Assembly: GCA_001949185.1 (NCBI GenBank)
Contig: BDGG01000001.1
Span: 4,887,624 to 4,951,623, forward strand
DNA length: 64,000 nucleotides
DNA from: Ramazzottius varieornatus
Taxonomy: Eukaryota; Animalia; Tardigrada
Direction: 5' to 3'
In this document: one piece after another, positions 39,500-51,209 of the stretch
Position numbering within the stretch: position 1 is the first letter of the stretch
Layout of the letters: every line of letters begins with the position of its first letter
Program-made: the position numbers and the translations under genes
The notes under the pieces: generated by a model
Told to the model about the DNA's origin: nothing
Seen by the model: only the letters and a program-made list of their open reading frames with translations
Database searches by the model: none

Positions 39500-41160
39500 T
39501 CAATTCGTGAGGACAGCCTCCAGCTCTGGAGGCAAGTTACGGCAAGCACCGAGACTGAAGCGATGGCTGGCCATCAAAGATATGCCGTGATAGTGTACGA
39601 AGGCGGCCACTACCACAAAGACGTGGAAGATTTGATGGCTTTGAAACTGCAACGACCAGATACATTCGATCGTAACTGAAGATAACGGTCCAGCAAAATT
39701 ATGAGTCTTACCCATATGTCAAACCGTCCAGGAAAGAGTCGTTCAGGAAGCCGGCAAGCGTAGATGAGGGAACCCACAATATAAAGAGCTCCCATGGCGA
39801 AGAGCCAGTGTATCGAGGCTTCTTGCATCGACCTTACCCAGCCTTGTCCGACAATGGAATGTATGGCGGGAACGAAGCCGCTTGAACCCAGCGCCAAGAA
39901 GAGAGCTGAAAAACCATCGAACAGTTGGATAAATATCCCAATTTCACCGAGTGAAATCTGTTCCAAAATCACCTGCGCGCATTGGGCGGAAACGAGGCTG
40001 GCTGAATCTATCCCACAAGGAGACTACGACCGCGGAGATCCCCAAGAACGAGATCACGCCCATGTAGGACCATTTCGCAATAGGCTGGCAGTAGAAAGCG
40101 AAATGAAGCCAGGGGATAATCGAGCCTACAATAAGGATCGCGATTCCACAGTAGTCGAGCCTGCAACAGTGTGTGTGACAGTTTTGGGAGGAAAGAATAG
40201 CCTAGTGGCTGCAATGAGCTTACTTGAGAAAGAGCAGCCCGACTGTCCGCGAATGACAGTATACTGTGTGGAACATGAAGGAGAATGTCATACAGATGAT
40301 CGCTCCTATCAGGAACGCTGAGAAGACTAGCTTTTCATCTGAAGGAAAGCCATCTGATGCGAACACGTAGATTGCGACACCGAGGAAGGCAACGCAGCCT
40401 GAAAGAAGAACGAGTCCACATTGAAACAAGCGCAGATTCCGAGGCGGAAGCAGGCGGAAACGCACGCGTCAAATTCGCGAGATCAGTTTTGGTTTGATTG
40501 ATAATGCATGCCAGTTGGCTACAAGACTGCTTTACTGTACCTAATAAATGCGTCCATATGTTTCCCGTTTCCGTATGTATCCGGAACATAGAGCGGAAGC
40601 ATTCGCGGAACGACTGGATTTGCGGACGATGGCCGGCTCTGAGGAAGTCATTGTCAGCCAGCCAGTCAGGGAGATGTGAAAAGGGAGTCTGGATCCAGGT
40701 TGCCTTCCATACGCGCTGGATGATCCTCTGTGCACGTCCGGTTGCTTCGTGGATGAATTCGATTCCTGCACAGTACGGACCCTCTCCCCCAGCCTGAAAC
40801 CAAAGCAGCGATTACCGGAGGGTCGGGATAGGTACCGGAAGCATAAAGACATACCCTAGGTTCGTCCAAAAAAGTATTCTCCATTCCAGGAGTGGCAAAG
40901 TCAGGCAAGGGAAGGATTTCTTCGTTCAGCTCATCGATATCAAAATCGTCGTTGTTGTGGTCGTCTTCTCGCAAGCGATACCTTTCTCGTAGTACTTGTT
41001 CCTCTTCGTCGATAGTGGTAATTTGTTCATCCAAGCTGAATCTTCGGACGGGTTCACTCGCACAGCTGTAGAAAGTCCCACTGACAGAAGGAGGATCACT
41101 CGCAATATTCCCATCTTCAGTGCACGAAGGAGTCGAGATGTCTGCCATTCTTCTCAACAT
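39500..41160 (-). CDS. AdipoR: Adiponectin receptor (PAQR family)
   Basis: FRIHTETGNIWTHLLG, SFMFHTVYCHS, YACRLPERLFPGRFDIW and FQSHQIFHVFVV motifs; acidic N-terminus. Confidence 0.92.
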
Positions 41161-41272
41161 GCGAAGCTCCTCCAGGAGAAACAAAGGAGCCGGAGAGGGA
41201 GTTGGTGGTCTGTGGAAGAGGAGGATGATACTTTCATTTATACTCGTACACGCGAGACGAGAAATTATGGTA

Positions 41273-44245
41273 CGAGGTGCGAGGCCTAACTTCGCTGCTG
41301 CATCAGACTTCGTGGTCTATGTTTGTTCCTGAATTACAAACTAAACGGGCGGTAGAAAAATCAGGATCTTTTTCTAAAATTGGACACAACACTGGTCTTC
41401 AGTTTAAACCGAAGACAACTAAGATTGAGAGTAGAGATCGGTGGAAGATTTTGATGACCCGATGTCATGTCAAACAAGCCGTTCTGCCGTTAGGGAAAAG
41501 GCAACCTGCAGGCGACACCACATTTGCTCAAAAGTCAGCTGATCGGCATGAATTACGTGATGTGTAACGCAGTGAGCTATCAAATTTCCACGAAGTTTTT
41601 ACCCGTAGCATTTCTTGGGTCGAGTTTGATTGAAACCGAGGCTCTGTCACGTAACACCTAATCGTCAAGAGCATTGTTTTCTACAAGCACCAAGCCAATG
41701 TCTCAGTACAGCTGGAGGTCATGTCATATAACATGCTGTCATTTCCCACCCGTAAGCATTGTGAAATTTCACTGTTTTCCTCCAGCGACATTGTCTGTGC
41801 GAGTTTGGGTTGTCTTTTTGATCCCGTTTCTGTTTCTGGTATTCCGAGCAGCAATTATGGAAAAGCCGAAGCGAAGATATTCGAGGAGCTATCCGCAGAT
41901 GGAAGCTGCACTGGCCGCCGTAGCAAACAGATATGAACGGAGAGCAAGCTGCGGAAAAGTTCGGAATCCCACCATCAACTTTGAGAGACCGATTGAATGG
42001 TCGTCATACGAAAAAGATTGGTCGACCAACGAGTTTCACGGAAGAGGAAGAGCTCGAGATCTGTGACATACTCTTGAGCTGTATGAAAGTCGGAGCACCA
42101 CTAAACAAGCAGAAGCTGACTGGAATTGTGCGAGCCATAGGACTAGCCAAAGGTAAGCTAGCTTTGATGTCGCCGCTCTGCAAAGCCGTGTGTTCTCTGC
42201 TTGTACTCGTTCCCGAACTCATATTATGCAGTCGACTGTGGAATTAAAAGCTTTTCGGATTTTTTTCAGGGATTGACGAGGCTAAGTTCGGCAACCGCTG
42301 GTACCGTGGTTTACTGCGACGACACCCAGATATCTCGGTGCGAGTTTTTAGCGCGACGAGCTTCAAAAAAGCCAGAGAATGGACGAAGGATCGATGTGAA
42401 GGCTGGATAGCCAATCTACAAAGTCTCGCCGACCGGGGACAGACAGAGAGAACATGACGCTTTTGGCGCTGGGAAATGCTGCCGGAAAGATGCTTCTGCC
42501 GTTGATTCTTTACAAGGGCAAAATGCACATAGAATCACATTTTGCTGATACGAACGATGAGTGTTTCCTGAGCACTAACTCCTCCGGAGTCATGGATCCG
42601 TTCGTGCTGCATGATTATCTAGAGAAAGAATGGTCCACCTCGATAACGAATAACAAGGTAAATCTGTGAGCTCAGCCAAACTTAGCGTCTTTGTGGCAGA
42701 GCGGATATCCAGCACAAAATTTGTTTTGTTCGTCTTTGTTGCAGAACGTTCTCTTCGTCGATGGACATTCGTCTCATCTTAACTGTATTCAGTTTCTGGC
42801 CGCTTGCATGAATAATAGCGAGAAGGAGATCGAATTCATGTGTTTGCCATCGGGACAGACCGCTTTCCTTCAGCCGCTAGACAGAAAAGTGTTCGGCGGG
42901 GTAAAACAAAAATGGACGAAATACCTTCAGGACTCCTGGCTTGATACATCCGTGGATGTAAGAACATACAGATATTTACGAGGCTCTGGTAGTAAGAATG
43001 TTGTACTTTTGGCCATTATTTTTCACTTTCCAGGTGACAAAACGTGATTTTCCCTCTCATATCGTCAAGCTTTGGAAGCCCGATTTCTGGGTTCACTCGT
43101 TTAACTTTACTGGTCCCTTGAAAGACGGATTTGAGAAGACAGGAATCTACCCGTTCAGTCCTGAGCTGTTGAGAGATACAGTCGACTCTAACCTAGAATC
43201 GGGACCGGAAGAAGTCTCAGAAGAAATTGAGTCCCAGTACCAACAGATCCGCCGCATCTTACAGGAACGGTTGAGCATAAGCGAAGACGAAACGAATACC
43301 CACATTCTCCAGATCAAGCAGGTTATCTCGGGAAAGCCTACTGCGTCCGTCATAGCCAGGGAATTTCATGGGTATTTACTCAAAGCAGCGCCTAAAAAGA
43401 AAAGAATGATGAAAGATTCGCGGTTGGACACGTCTCACGGCCTGGCTTTGGTCCATTCTGGATATATCAGCCTGAAAGCGGATAAGATACGCGCAAGTAA
43501 AGAAGCTAAGACCAAGAAAAGTAACGATACCGCCGTGAACAGAACTCCAGCAATCCGCAAAACAGCAAGCGTTGAAGCAAAAGCCGCTGCAAAACCGTCA
43601 GAGTCGCAAGCTGCTCCTGTGGTAGACCCGGCAGTATCGTCCAATAATCTTGGAAACAACACAGTACCAGCAAGTAAGGCCAGAGAAGGAAATTCAGCAG
43701 CCAGATTAACGCAAAATAAGCAGCGGTGTTAACCGTCCAACAGCTCGATGTCTCTCCTTCCACCGCTGCGAATCCTATCGGTCGGCAAACACGTTCCAGG
43801 ACAACCGCAGCAGCATCTCCAGTAGCAAAACCGTATCCTGTGCCTCGAAAGAGCCGAGCAAAGAAGCAATAGTGTGATTGTTGAAGAGTTTTTCAACAGG
43901 TTTCCGAGCTTACTTTGAACGTTCTAGCTGCCTCATCTGACGTTACCACTTACCTCTCCCGATGTCACATAATATGACATTACTTCCAGCTGGTACGGAA
44001 AGGTGGGTTAGCACAAGCAGAAATCATTGCCCTCCGGCAGTTTGTACGGTTAAATAAACCTTGATTTCTACACTTATCGGTCTAAAAATCGCTACGGGTA
44101 AAAACTTCGTGGAAACTTAGCTCCCAGCATGGATTGCTCACACACACGATCAGCTGGCTGGTGTTAGATTAGTTGAGTGGTGCGCCACCGAGTGGCCGCT
44201 TGCCCACGAAGTTAGGTCGACAACGAAGTTAGGCCTCGCACCTCG
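41273..44245 (+). mobile_element. pogo/Fot1-like DNA transposon (psq-HTH, CENP-B HTH, DDE_1), defective
   Basis: TA|CGAGGTGCGAGGCCTAACTTCG … CGAAGTTAGGCCTCGCACCTCG|TA; additional subterminal inverted repeats ~41536-41735 and ~43960-44156. Confidence 0.88.
41857..43872 (+). pseudogene. Intron-containing pogo-like transposase pseudogene
   Basis: QMEAALAAV/AAEKFGIPPSTLRDRL (psq HTH, frameshifted), GRPTSFTEEEE, WYRGLLRRHPDIS, LFVDGHSSH, LQPLD; introns ~42152-42269, ~42658-42744 and ~42958-43033; segment with the first catalytic Asp missing; 3' end uncertain. Confidence 0.8.
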
Positions 44246-44535
44246 TACAGTAAAAATTATGGAACAGGCGGAAATGACGGCGAAATGGAAATTCGACCGT
44301 AGAAAAGTGTCGAAAAAGTGTATTAGTGTGAACCGGTCGCGTACGTACGTGCTTCCGTGCCGCCGTAGCGAAAAGGCCGGTACCATAATCTTTACTGTAC
44401 CATAAATTCTCGTCCTGCGTGTACAGCAACTTATCAGTTCAGCGTATCTGTTATCACAGAGTAAACAGCTGATCTGGACCGGAAGTATATCTGGTGGCAG
44501 CTGGTGGCAGACATGCATCTGTCCTTCCTTCTTAA

Positions 44536-45061
44536 CACTTACAGCACGAAGGTTTTCATGTTCGCAAAATACCACCGTTCTCTTTGTGAGTACAAGACTT
44601 TGGTTGGCTAAGGTAATGCAAAGGAGGCAGGGCCAGCCAATAGATAATTTAAGAAATTTAGAAATTTCGAAGATTGGCAGGCCGTGGAGTTCAACCTGGG
44701 GAAAGTAGTCCTTGCCATTTTGATTTTCTCTAAAGCATTCCGATGACAAGAAAATTTGTCCCAGGCTTGGTTTCGGTAAAGGGAATTGTCCTCACTGTTT
44801 CAGATTTTTTCAGAACGTGTTGCGTATGTGCCTCCAGTAAGAAGACGAAGACTGAAATACCACCGAAACCACCCGAAATCGTAAAACTTTTTGATAGCGT
44901 TCTGCGTTTTCGCTGACCACTGGTCATTAATCTCAACTTAATGACAAGATCGAGTTGCAGGCAAACAAAAAATCCCCAACCCGAAAGACCAAAAGCTAAA
45001 CTCGGGAGGCGAGTGAAACTGACACATTGTACTCACAATGAGTACGGTCGTGCTACAAGTG
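44536..45061 (+). mobile_element. piggyBac-like non-autonomous element, copy 2
   Basis: TTAA|cacttacagcacga … tcgtgctacaagtg|TTAA; homologous to 38880-39406. Confidence 0.8.
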
Positions 45062-46517
45062 TTAAAAAACTTCTGCAAGTTCTGCAGTGCTTATCCCGCT
45101 TTTCTCTTGTTGCAGGTTCCAACTGAATTCTTGTGGCCTCGTGGCTTGAACACAGCCATGCACGAATATGACGTCCACGTTGAGAAACTTGACTTACAGG
45201 GTGTTTTCTTTGCGGAGTAAAACCAGGCTACCATGTTACAGCAAGCCCTTACAACGTGTGCGGAGAGAAAAGCAAAGCGACTCAAGATATCCCACGACGG
45301 CGCAAGTGGCCCAAAGCTGTCTTTTCGTAACCTGGTGGATTTGTTGGAGCCCGTTGGACCATCAGGGCGTTCCAGCTGGAAGCGCATTGTCGATCGAGAG
45401 GAAGACGTCATCGTTTTCTTCCAAGTCAACTATTTGCAGTCCATCCCTCAGCTCTCCAAATGCATTCGTATCCGCCGCGAGCGCACAAAGACGTTCGAAG
45501 AGCTGCTAATTCCCAGTGTCTTCTTTGGACGCTTTCTGGACGAGTCATTCGTGGAGAAGGCTTTCGGGACACCGAACCTCACTCAGTTCAGTGATCTCCA
45601 GTCATTGCTCAACATTGTCGATCAAACGGGAGAACATTCCACTCCCGAAAGTGATTCTGACGGAGAGCACGATGGGAAGTATGACCACGACTCTGACGCA
45701 GATTATGTTCCAGTTCTAGAGAATGCTGTGTACCCTCAGCTGGTTATAACTCATATCAACCCACCGACGGATAACCCCTCTCAAAAATCAAAGAGGAAAG
45801 TGGAAGCTCGAAACGCTCCACTGGCGCAGGCTGTAAGGAAGCGTGGCCCGGAGGCTTCGGAAGTGAAAAGCGATCTGGCCACCGTGTTTGGGATACCAGC
45901 AGCACTGGTGGTCGATGGTGATACTTCTCCGAAAGAGAAGAACATCCAACACGCGCCAACTGATCCGAGTGTGATGACAGTCTTCCACACGTTTCTCGCT
46001 GGCAACAAGAAGGCTTATCCTGCTCCCCTGTTGGACTGCCAAATGCCGGGGCCTGGAAAAGTGGCACTAACGAAAGCCATTTGCGACGGAAAGTTTTTTT
46101 ACATTGACCAGAAGGACCTGAAGAATCTGCGAAGAGACCATGGCACAAAACAGCTGAAGTACCTATCCAAAGTGTTCGATCTTCTTGTTGGTCCGAAAGG
46201 CCTGGCGTTCATTAAACGGCGGTATGAAGAGAGGAAGATAGCTGTCCAAGGATTGCCCAAAAACAAACACCACTGGCAAATCTCCTCGAGAAAATTACTT
46301 TCGGAAGATTTTCTCCACCTTCTCAAAGGTAAATTCCTGCGCAAGATGCTTATCCCGATATGTGGCGCTCGCTTATAGCTAACAATGGAAGCGTGCGCCA
46401 CTTGTCGATCTCCGTTCCGTCTGCCCACGTCCTAAAAACACACCTTTCTTACAGAGGCGCCTATCGAAAGAATGCGTCTCTTATTTAGCATTGTATCCTT
46501 GCAGAGCACATGACTGA

Positions 46518-47148
46518 CGAGGGGATTTTTCCAATCCGCCGCCCCTGATGCTCAAACCCACATTCCAGGTGGATAGAGAAGAGTTTCCTCTATCGTCTGA
46601 GCCGAAAACCTCGTCATCATTCCCTTCCTGGAATAAGCTGGACGGTTCGGAAGTGATCGTCCATTGACCGCTACAGTGCGCCGCGATGACGTGAAGTTTC
46701 TTGATTGCCTCTTTGATTGATCACAAAACGATCAGCTGATCGCCGGCACNNNNNNNNNNNNNNNNNNNNNNNNNNNNNNNNNNNNNNNNNNNNNNNNNNN
46801 NNNNNNNNNNNNNNNAAACGATCAGCTGATCGCCGGCACTGTTGGCTATGCAGCGGATGCCTTGCTTTTGTGCTTTTTTAGCACGTTAAGGCGTGTGGTA
46901 CGGTGCAACGTCAACAGTACGGGCGATCAGCTAATCGTTCTGTGGTCAAACAAAGAGGCAATCAAGAAACTTCACGTCATCGCGGCGCACTGTAGCGGTC
47001 AATGGACGATCACTTCCGAACCGTCCAGTTTATTCCAGGAAGGGAATGATGACGAGGTTTTCGGCTCAGACGATAGAGGAAACTCTTCTCTATCCACCTG
47101 GAATGTGGGTTTGAGCATCAGAGGCGGCGGATTGGAAAAATCCCCTCG
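46518..47148. mobile_element. Tc4/Tc5-type MITE with TGA target duplication inserted in an exon
   Basis: TGA|CGAGGGGATTTTTCCAATCC … GGATTGGAAAAATCCCCTCG|TGA; ~225-bp near-perfect arms; N gap at 46750-46815. Confidence 0.88.
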
Positions 47149-50100
47149 TGATGTGGGGATGGAAATTTCGAGAACCGAGCTTCTCAAGTTGCTTAAGTCC
47201 AAATTTGACAGTATCCACTACCCGAGTCGATGGTCCACCAACTTCATAGTTCCTTCCGAAGAAGCTGTACAACAAGAAGCCGCTAGGAAGATTAACGGTG
47301 ATCGCGTATCAGCGAGTAAGGTCTTCAAGATTCGGGCACCGTCTTTGTCCTGTGAGCAGTCGGACGCCTGGAAAACTCCTCTTGTCCCGAAGGACGACCC
47401 AGACTTCTCTGGGCTGTTTCTTTACATCGACAAGAACGAGCTGACGTTGCTGTTGAAAGAAGCCAGGAAGGAGCATTATCCCAGAAAGATATTCACGGCA
47501 CTGTTGGGTGAAGACGGGTTGCGGTTCTTGCAGCAATATCGAGCTGAATACTACCTCACGGGCTTCGACGGAAAGATCAAAGGACCACCGAAAGCTGAAG
47601 GTGTTTTCAGCGAAGCCTTCGTCGAAACACTTCGCGGTAAGAATAACTGGGATCTCGGCCGACAAACTCGACCGTATTGTTCTTCCAAGTGGTGTACAGT
47701 ACTTTTTCAGTGATATCGGCTGGAACAGTGCGCCACTGAAACGATCTGGTCGAGTTTGTAGGCCGAGCTTCCAATGCTCCGTTATCTGAGGCTAATGTGT
47801 GTGCTTGTGTTTTATGGTAATTTATCTGGGATAGTTATTTCCTTTGCAGTTCATCTGGTCAGGAAACACTCTCGAAGATGCAAGACTGTGGTCAAAAGGG
47901 TGCCTGAACTAGACTCAAATGACTAGTACGAACTGATGGACGACTTCATCGCCGAGATGCCTCAGCTGCCGAGCGCCAGCCATCTCGAAGCTGTCACGAA
48001 GAAAAGCAAAACAAGTTGGTTCCTCTGTCAATAAGAGAGCTCGGCGTACAAAGTCGACGTTTTTCAGATCGTTTTTCAAGTGGCGCACATTTTGAGCGAA
48101 ATGAGCTGCTAGTGTGCGTCTCTTGGGGAAAAGATCTGGCTGAGTTTGTTTGGCGGTCCTCCCACACTGTATCTTGACGTTCAGATACGCGAACCGTCCA
48201 TGCTATAATAACAACATAGAGTGTTCCAGAGGTTTCGCCATAGAAGAACACCATCGTAGTAGCTCCGCCGAAGCCCTCAAAAGACGTGGAGGGTATTCTG
48301 CACGATGTGAACATTACGAGAAGACTGACCGAGTTCGACGAAAACTCCATGGACGAACGTGAAGTTGACTTCTCACATTACGGCGATGAGGATGATGGTC
48401 ATGAGTACGAAGACCGACTTTCAAAGGCAGAAGAGTGCCTGGTCGGCGACTTCGACTTGTCGAAGTTCCTCGTTGCCGAACCAGGCCAGCATTCTGCCCG
48501 AAAGTGACGAGCTGCAGCTGGATCATCCATCTTTCTCCGATCTGATCATTACCGAAATCCATCCCCCTCCTGCACGTGCGAGGAAACAGCAAAACAGTCT
48601 TTCCAACCACGCTTGCGCTCGTTCATTCACTTCCCAGTCAGGAGGCCATTCTTCAGACTCTGAATCAGAACTCGACAAGAACTCTGACACGGACTCTGAC
48701 ACGGAAAACACCAAGGGAATGTCCAGGCAGAGCAGAATGATTAGAAACGGTAAGAATTATACTTTCTCTTCGAACAATTCAGTCTTGCTTGTTTCAACTG
48801 CTTTTGAGATCGAAATCTGTTTTTGAATTTGTCAAATTTATTTGAAAAAGCTCGGCAAACGAACTCGACTGGATCGTTTTCTCAAGGGGCGCATAAATTT
48901 AGCCAGTATCATTGGAGAGTGCGTCACCTGTAAAACGATCTGGTCGAGCCGGTTTGTTGCGCTCCCACTCATCGAAATTATTTTTGCAACCGCGAATTTT
49001 GGCAGTCGTACTTATGTTGTCTTCCGTATAGGCAAGAAACGAGACGGTATGGCTGTAGAACCTCCGGACGATCCGTTCAAGGTTGCAGTTTTCCGTAGTG
49101 TCCTATACGACGATAAGATTCCTCATCCGCCGCCGGAACTGGACTGCCAGACAGATGGACCCGGCAAGGTGCGGCTGACTGCCAAGGGTAGCAAGAACAG
49201 ACACGTGTACATCAAACAAAGGCAGCAGAAGTACCTGCTGGACAAGTATGGCTGGAGACCCAGATCGTACCTCGTTCATATCCTGGAGGAACTACTAGGT
49301 GCAAGGGGATGGAACTTTATCTTCGCGCGACGTGAAGAACAAGCCAAGACCAGTGCGAACAAGATAAAGTACGCCACTCTTCTCCACCTACTGACCGACG
49401 AATTCGTCCAACTCCTTCACAGTAAGAACTTTTGGCTAAGATACGGTGTGATTCTCCAAAGTACTGAAAGGTTTCCTGAATTTAAGTAAAAGCTCGGAAA
49501 TTAGCTCGCCCAGATTGTTTTCTCAAGTGGCGCACTTTTCCAGCTGACTGTTTCGCAAATGTGCGCCACTTGAGAAGACAAGCTAGGCGAGTGTCTTTTT
49601 GCTTCCAGATGCTATCACAGATAAACACAGAAGTACGTCCGAAGCTTAGTGCTGCTAGTGTGCCACCAAATTTTTTTTCATTTCCAGCGCACATGGAAGA
49701 GAAGGGGTTGGCCATATCCGAGTGGGAGCTTCGGAGAACTCTGAAAACTCGATTCAATTATTATCTTCAGCCCCGTCGCAAACAACTACCGAGCTCTGTG
49801 CCAGAAGGCTCGCATGACTGATGGAGATGGTGAATTAATGGATGTCGGCAAGCAAGAAACCAGCGGCCCGCTGGAAGAACCACCGGACGACCATCTAGTG
49901 GTTAAGGTCTTTTACAGCGTTCTACCCGGCGACACGGAGCCTCATCCGCCACCTCTACTGGACTGTCAGCTAGACGGTCCCGGTAAGGTTCCGCTGTCCA
50001 TAGAGGGTTTCGAGACTCGGCACTTATTCGTCATCCACATAGAACAAAAGTACCTGTTGAAACGGCACAAGAAGCCAACAAAATACATACATCAGCTGCT

Positions 50101-50342
50101 CGAGCAACTTCTGCCGTCTAAAGCTTGGGACTTTGTTTTTTCTCGGCGTGAGCAGTGGCTAAAAGTGAACTCGCGCCGAAAAGCCATTCCACTGTTCCGG
50201 TTGTTCACCAATGAATTTCTGCACACCTTGGAAGGTAGGTAGTAGTATGACAGAAAGAAATTCTTCGTTCATCAAGTAGGACGGTAGTCTGGGAAATGGG
50301 AATGATCGTTATTTTTCAGGTGGCGCACATAATACGTAATAA

Positions 50343-50665
50343 TAGGCTTGGCGCAAGTGATTTGATTTAAGCAAGTTAATATCGGGCAATGGGAAATTTT
50401 CACCATAATTTCCCGAAGTCTACCCGAAGTTAAACGAACTGCACGAAATTGCCCATAATTGTCCGAAGTTACCTGAAGTTTTGTAGCATCGCTCCGACGT
50501 TCTGAAACACTTTCTGAGATTCGTCGATGTTGTCTGAGTCATTCTGAGATCTTCTTAGTTTCTGGCAATTCGTTTAATTTAGGGTAACCTTCGGGCAGTA
50601 ATGATGAAAATTGCTTATTACCCGAAACTAACTAACTTCAATTAAATTGCCTGCGCCAGGCCTAG
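50343..50665. mobile_element. Intronic MITE
   Basis: taggcttggcgcaagtgatttgatttaag … cttcaattaaattgcctgcgccaggccta; long imperfect inverted arms. Confidence 0.65.
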
Positions 50666-51148
50666 CATGTCTCCGTTGTTACGGCTGACCGTGTTGCGCC
50701 AATTGGGAAAACGATCAATTTCAAGGCGTTTGACGATATCTCAAGTATATTAGAAAGTCGAACAGGTGTTTGAACGATGAGCCTAATTCGTTTCAGCGCA
50801 CATGGAAGAAATCGGTATGCCACTTTCGATGAAGGTCATTCGGAAGGTAATAAAGACCAGAAACGATTACGAAAAAGTTCGGCGTGCACGATTAACTCGA
50901 AATAGCCGCTCTAGCTGCCCCCGGTCGAAAAGGAGTCCTGCAACTGGTTTGTTTTCCGACGACGAAGAGGATATTTCGCTTGCCGACGAGTCTGACGACA
51001 AGGAAGAGATGCCAATGGACAGCCTAACAGAAGAAGAATCTTCCAGAGATCTTTTAGATGAAGAAGAGAACGATGTGTCCGACCTCCCCACAGTTAAGAA
51101 AGCAGATCCAGGTAGGGTCTTTACTATTGACACACCTTCGCTGGCCTG

Positions 51149-51209
51149 TGAGGAACCTGAAAGTGAGGAACCTGAAAGTGAGGAACCTGAAAGTGAGGAA
51201 CCTGAAAGT
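51149..51209 (+). repeat. In-frame 15-bp tandem repeat x4 (EEPES)
   Basis: gaggaacctgaaagt repeated four times. Confidence 0.9.

Larger units (their letters stand above)
41246..44424. mobile_element. ~200-bp host MITE split by insertion of the pogo-like transposon
   Basis: Left arm gtacacgcgagacgagaaattatggTA + cagtaaaaattatggaacaggc rejoins across the insertion and is the inverted copy of gccggtaccataatctttactgtaccataaattctcgtcctgcgtgtac (44376-44424). Confidence 0.8.

Noticed and set aside
46726-46839. Direct repeat aaacgatcagctgatcgccggcac on both sides of the N gap
   Set aside because: Most likely an unmerged contig overlap caused by the hairpin element, not a biological duplication
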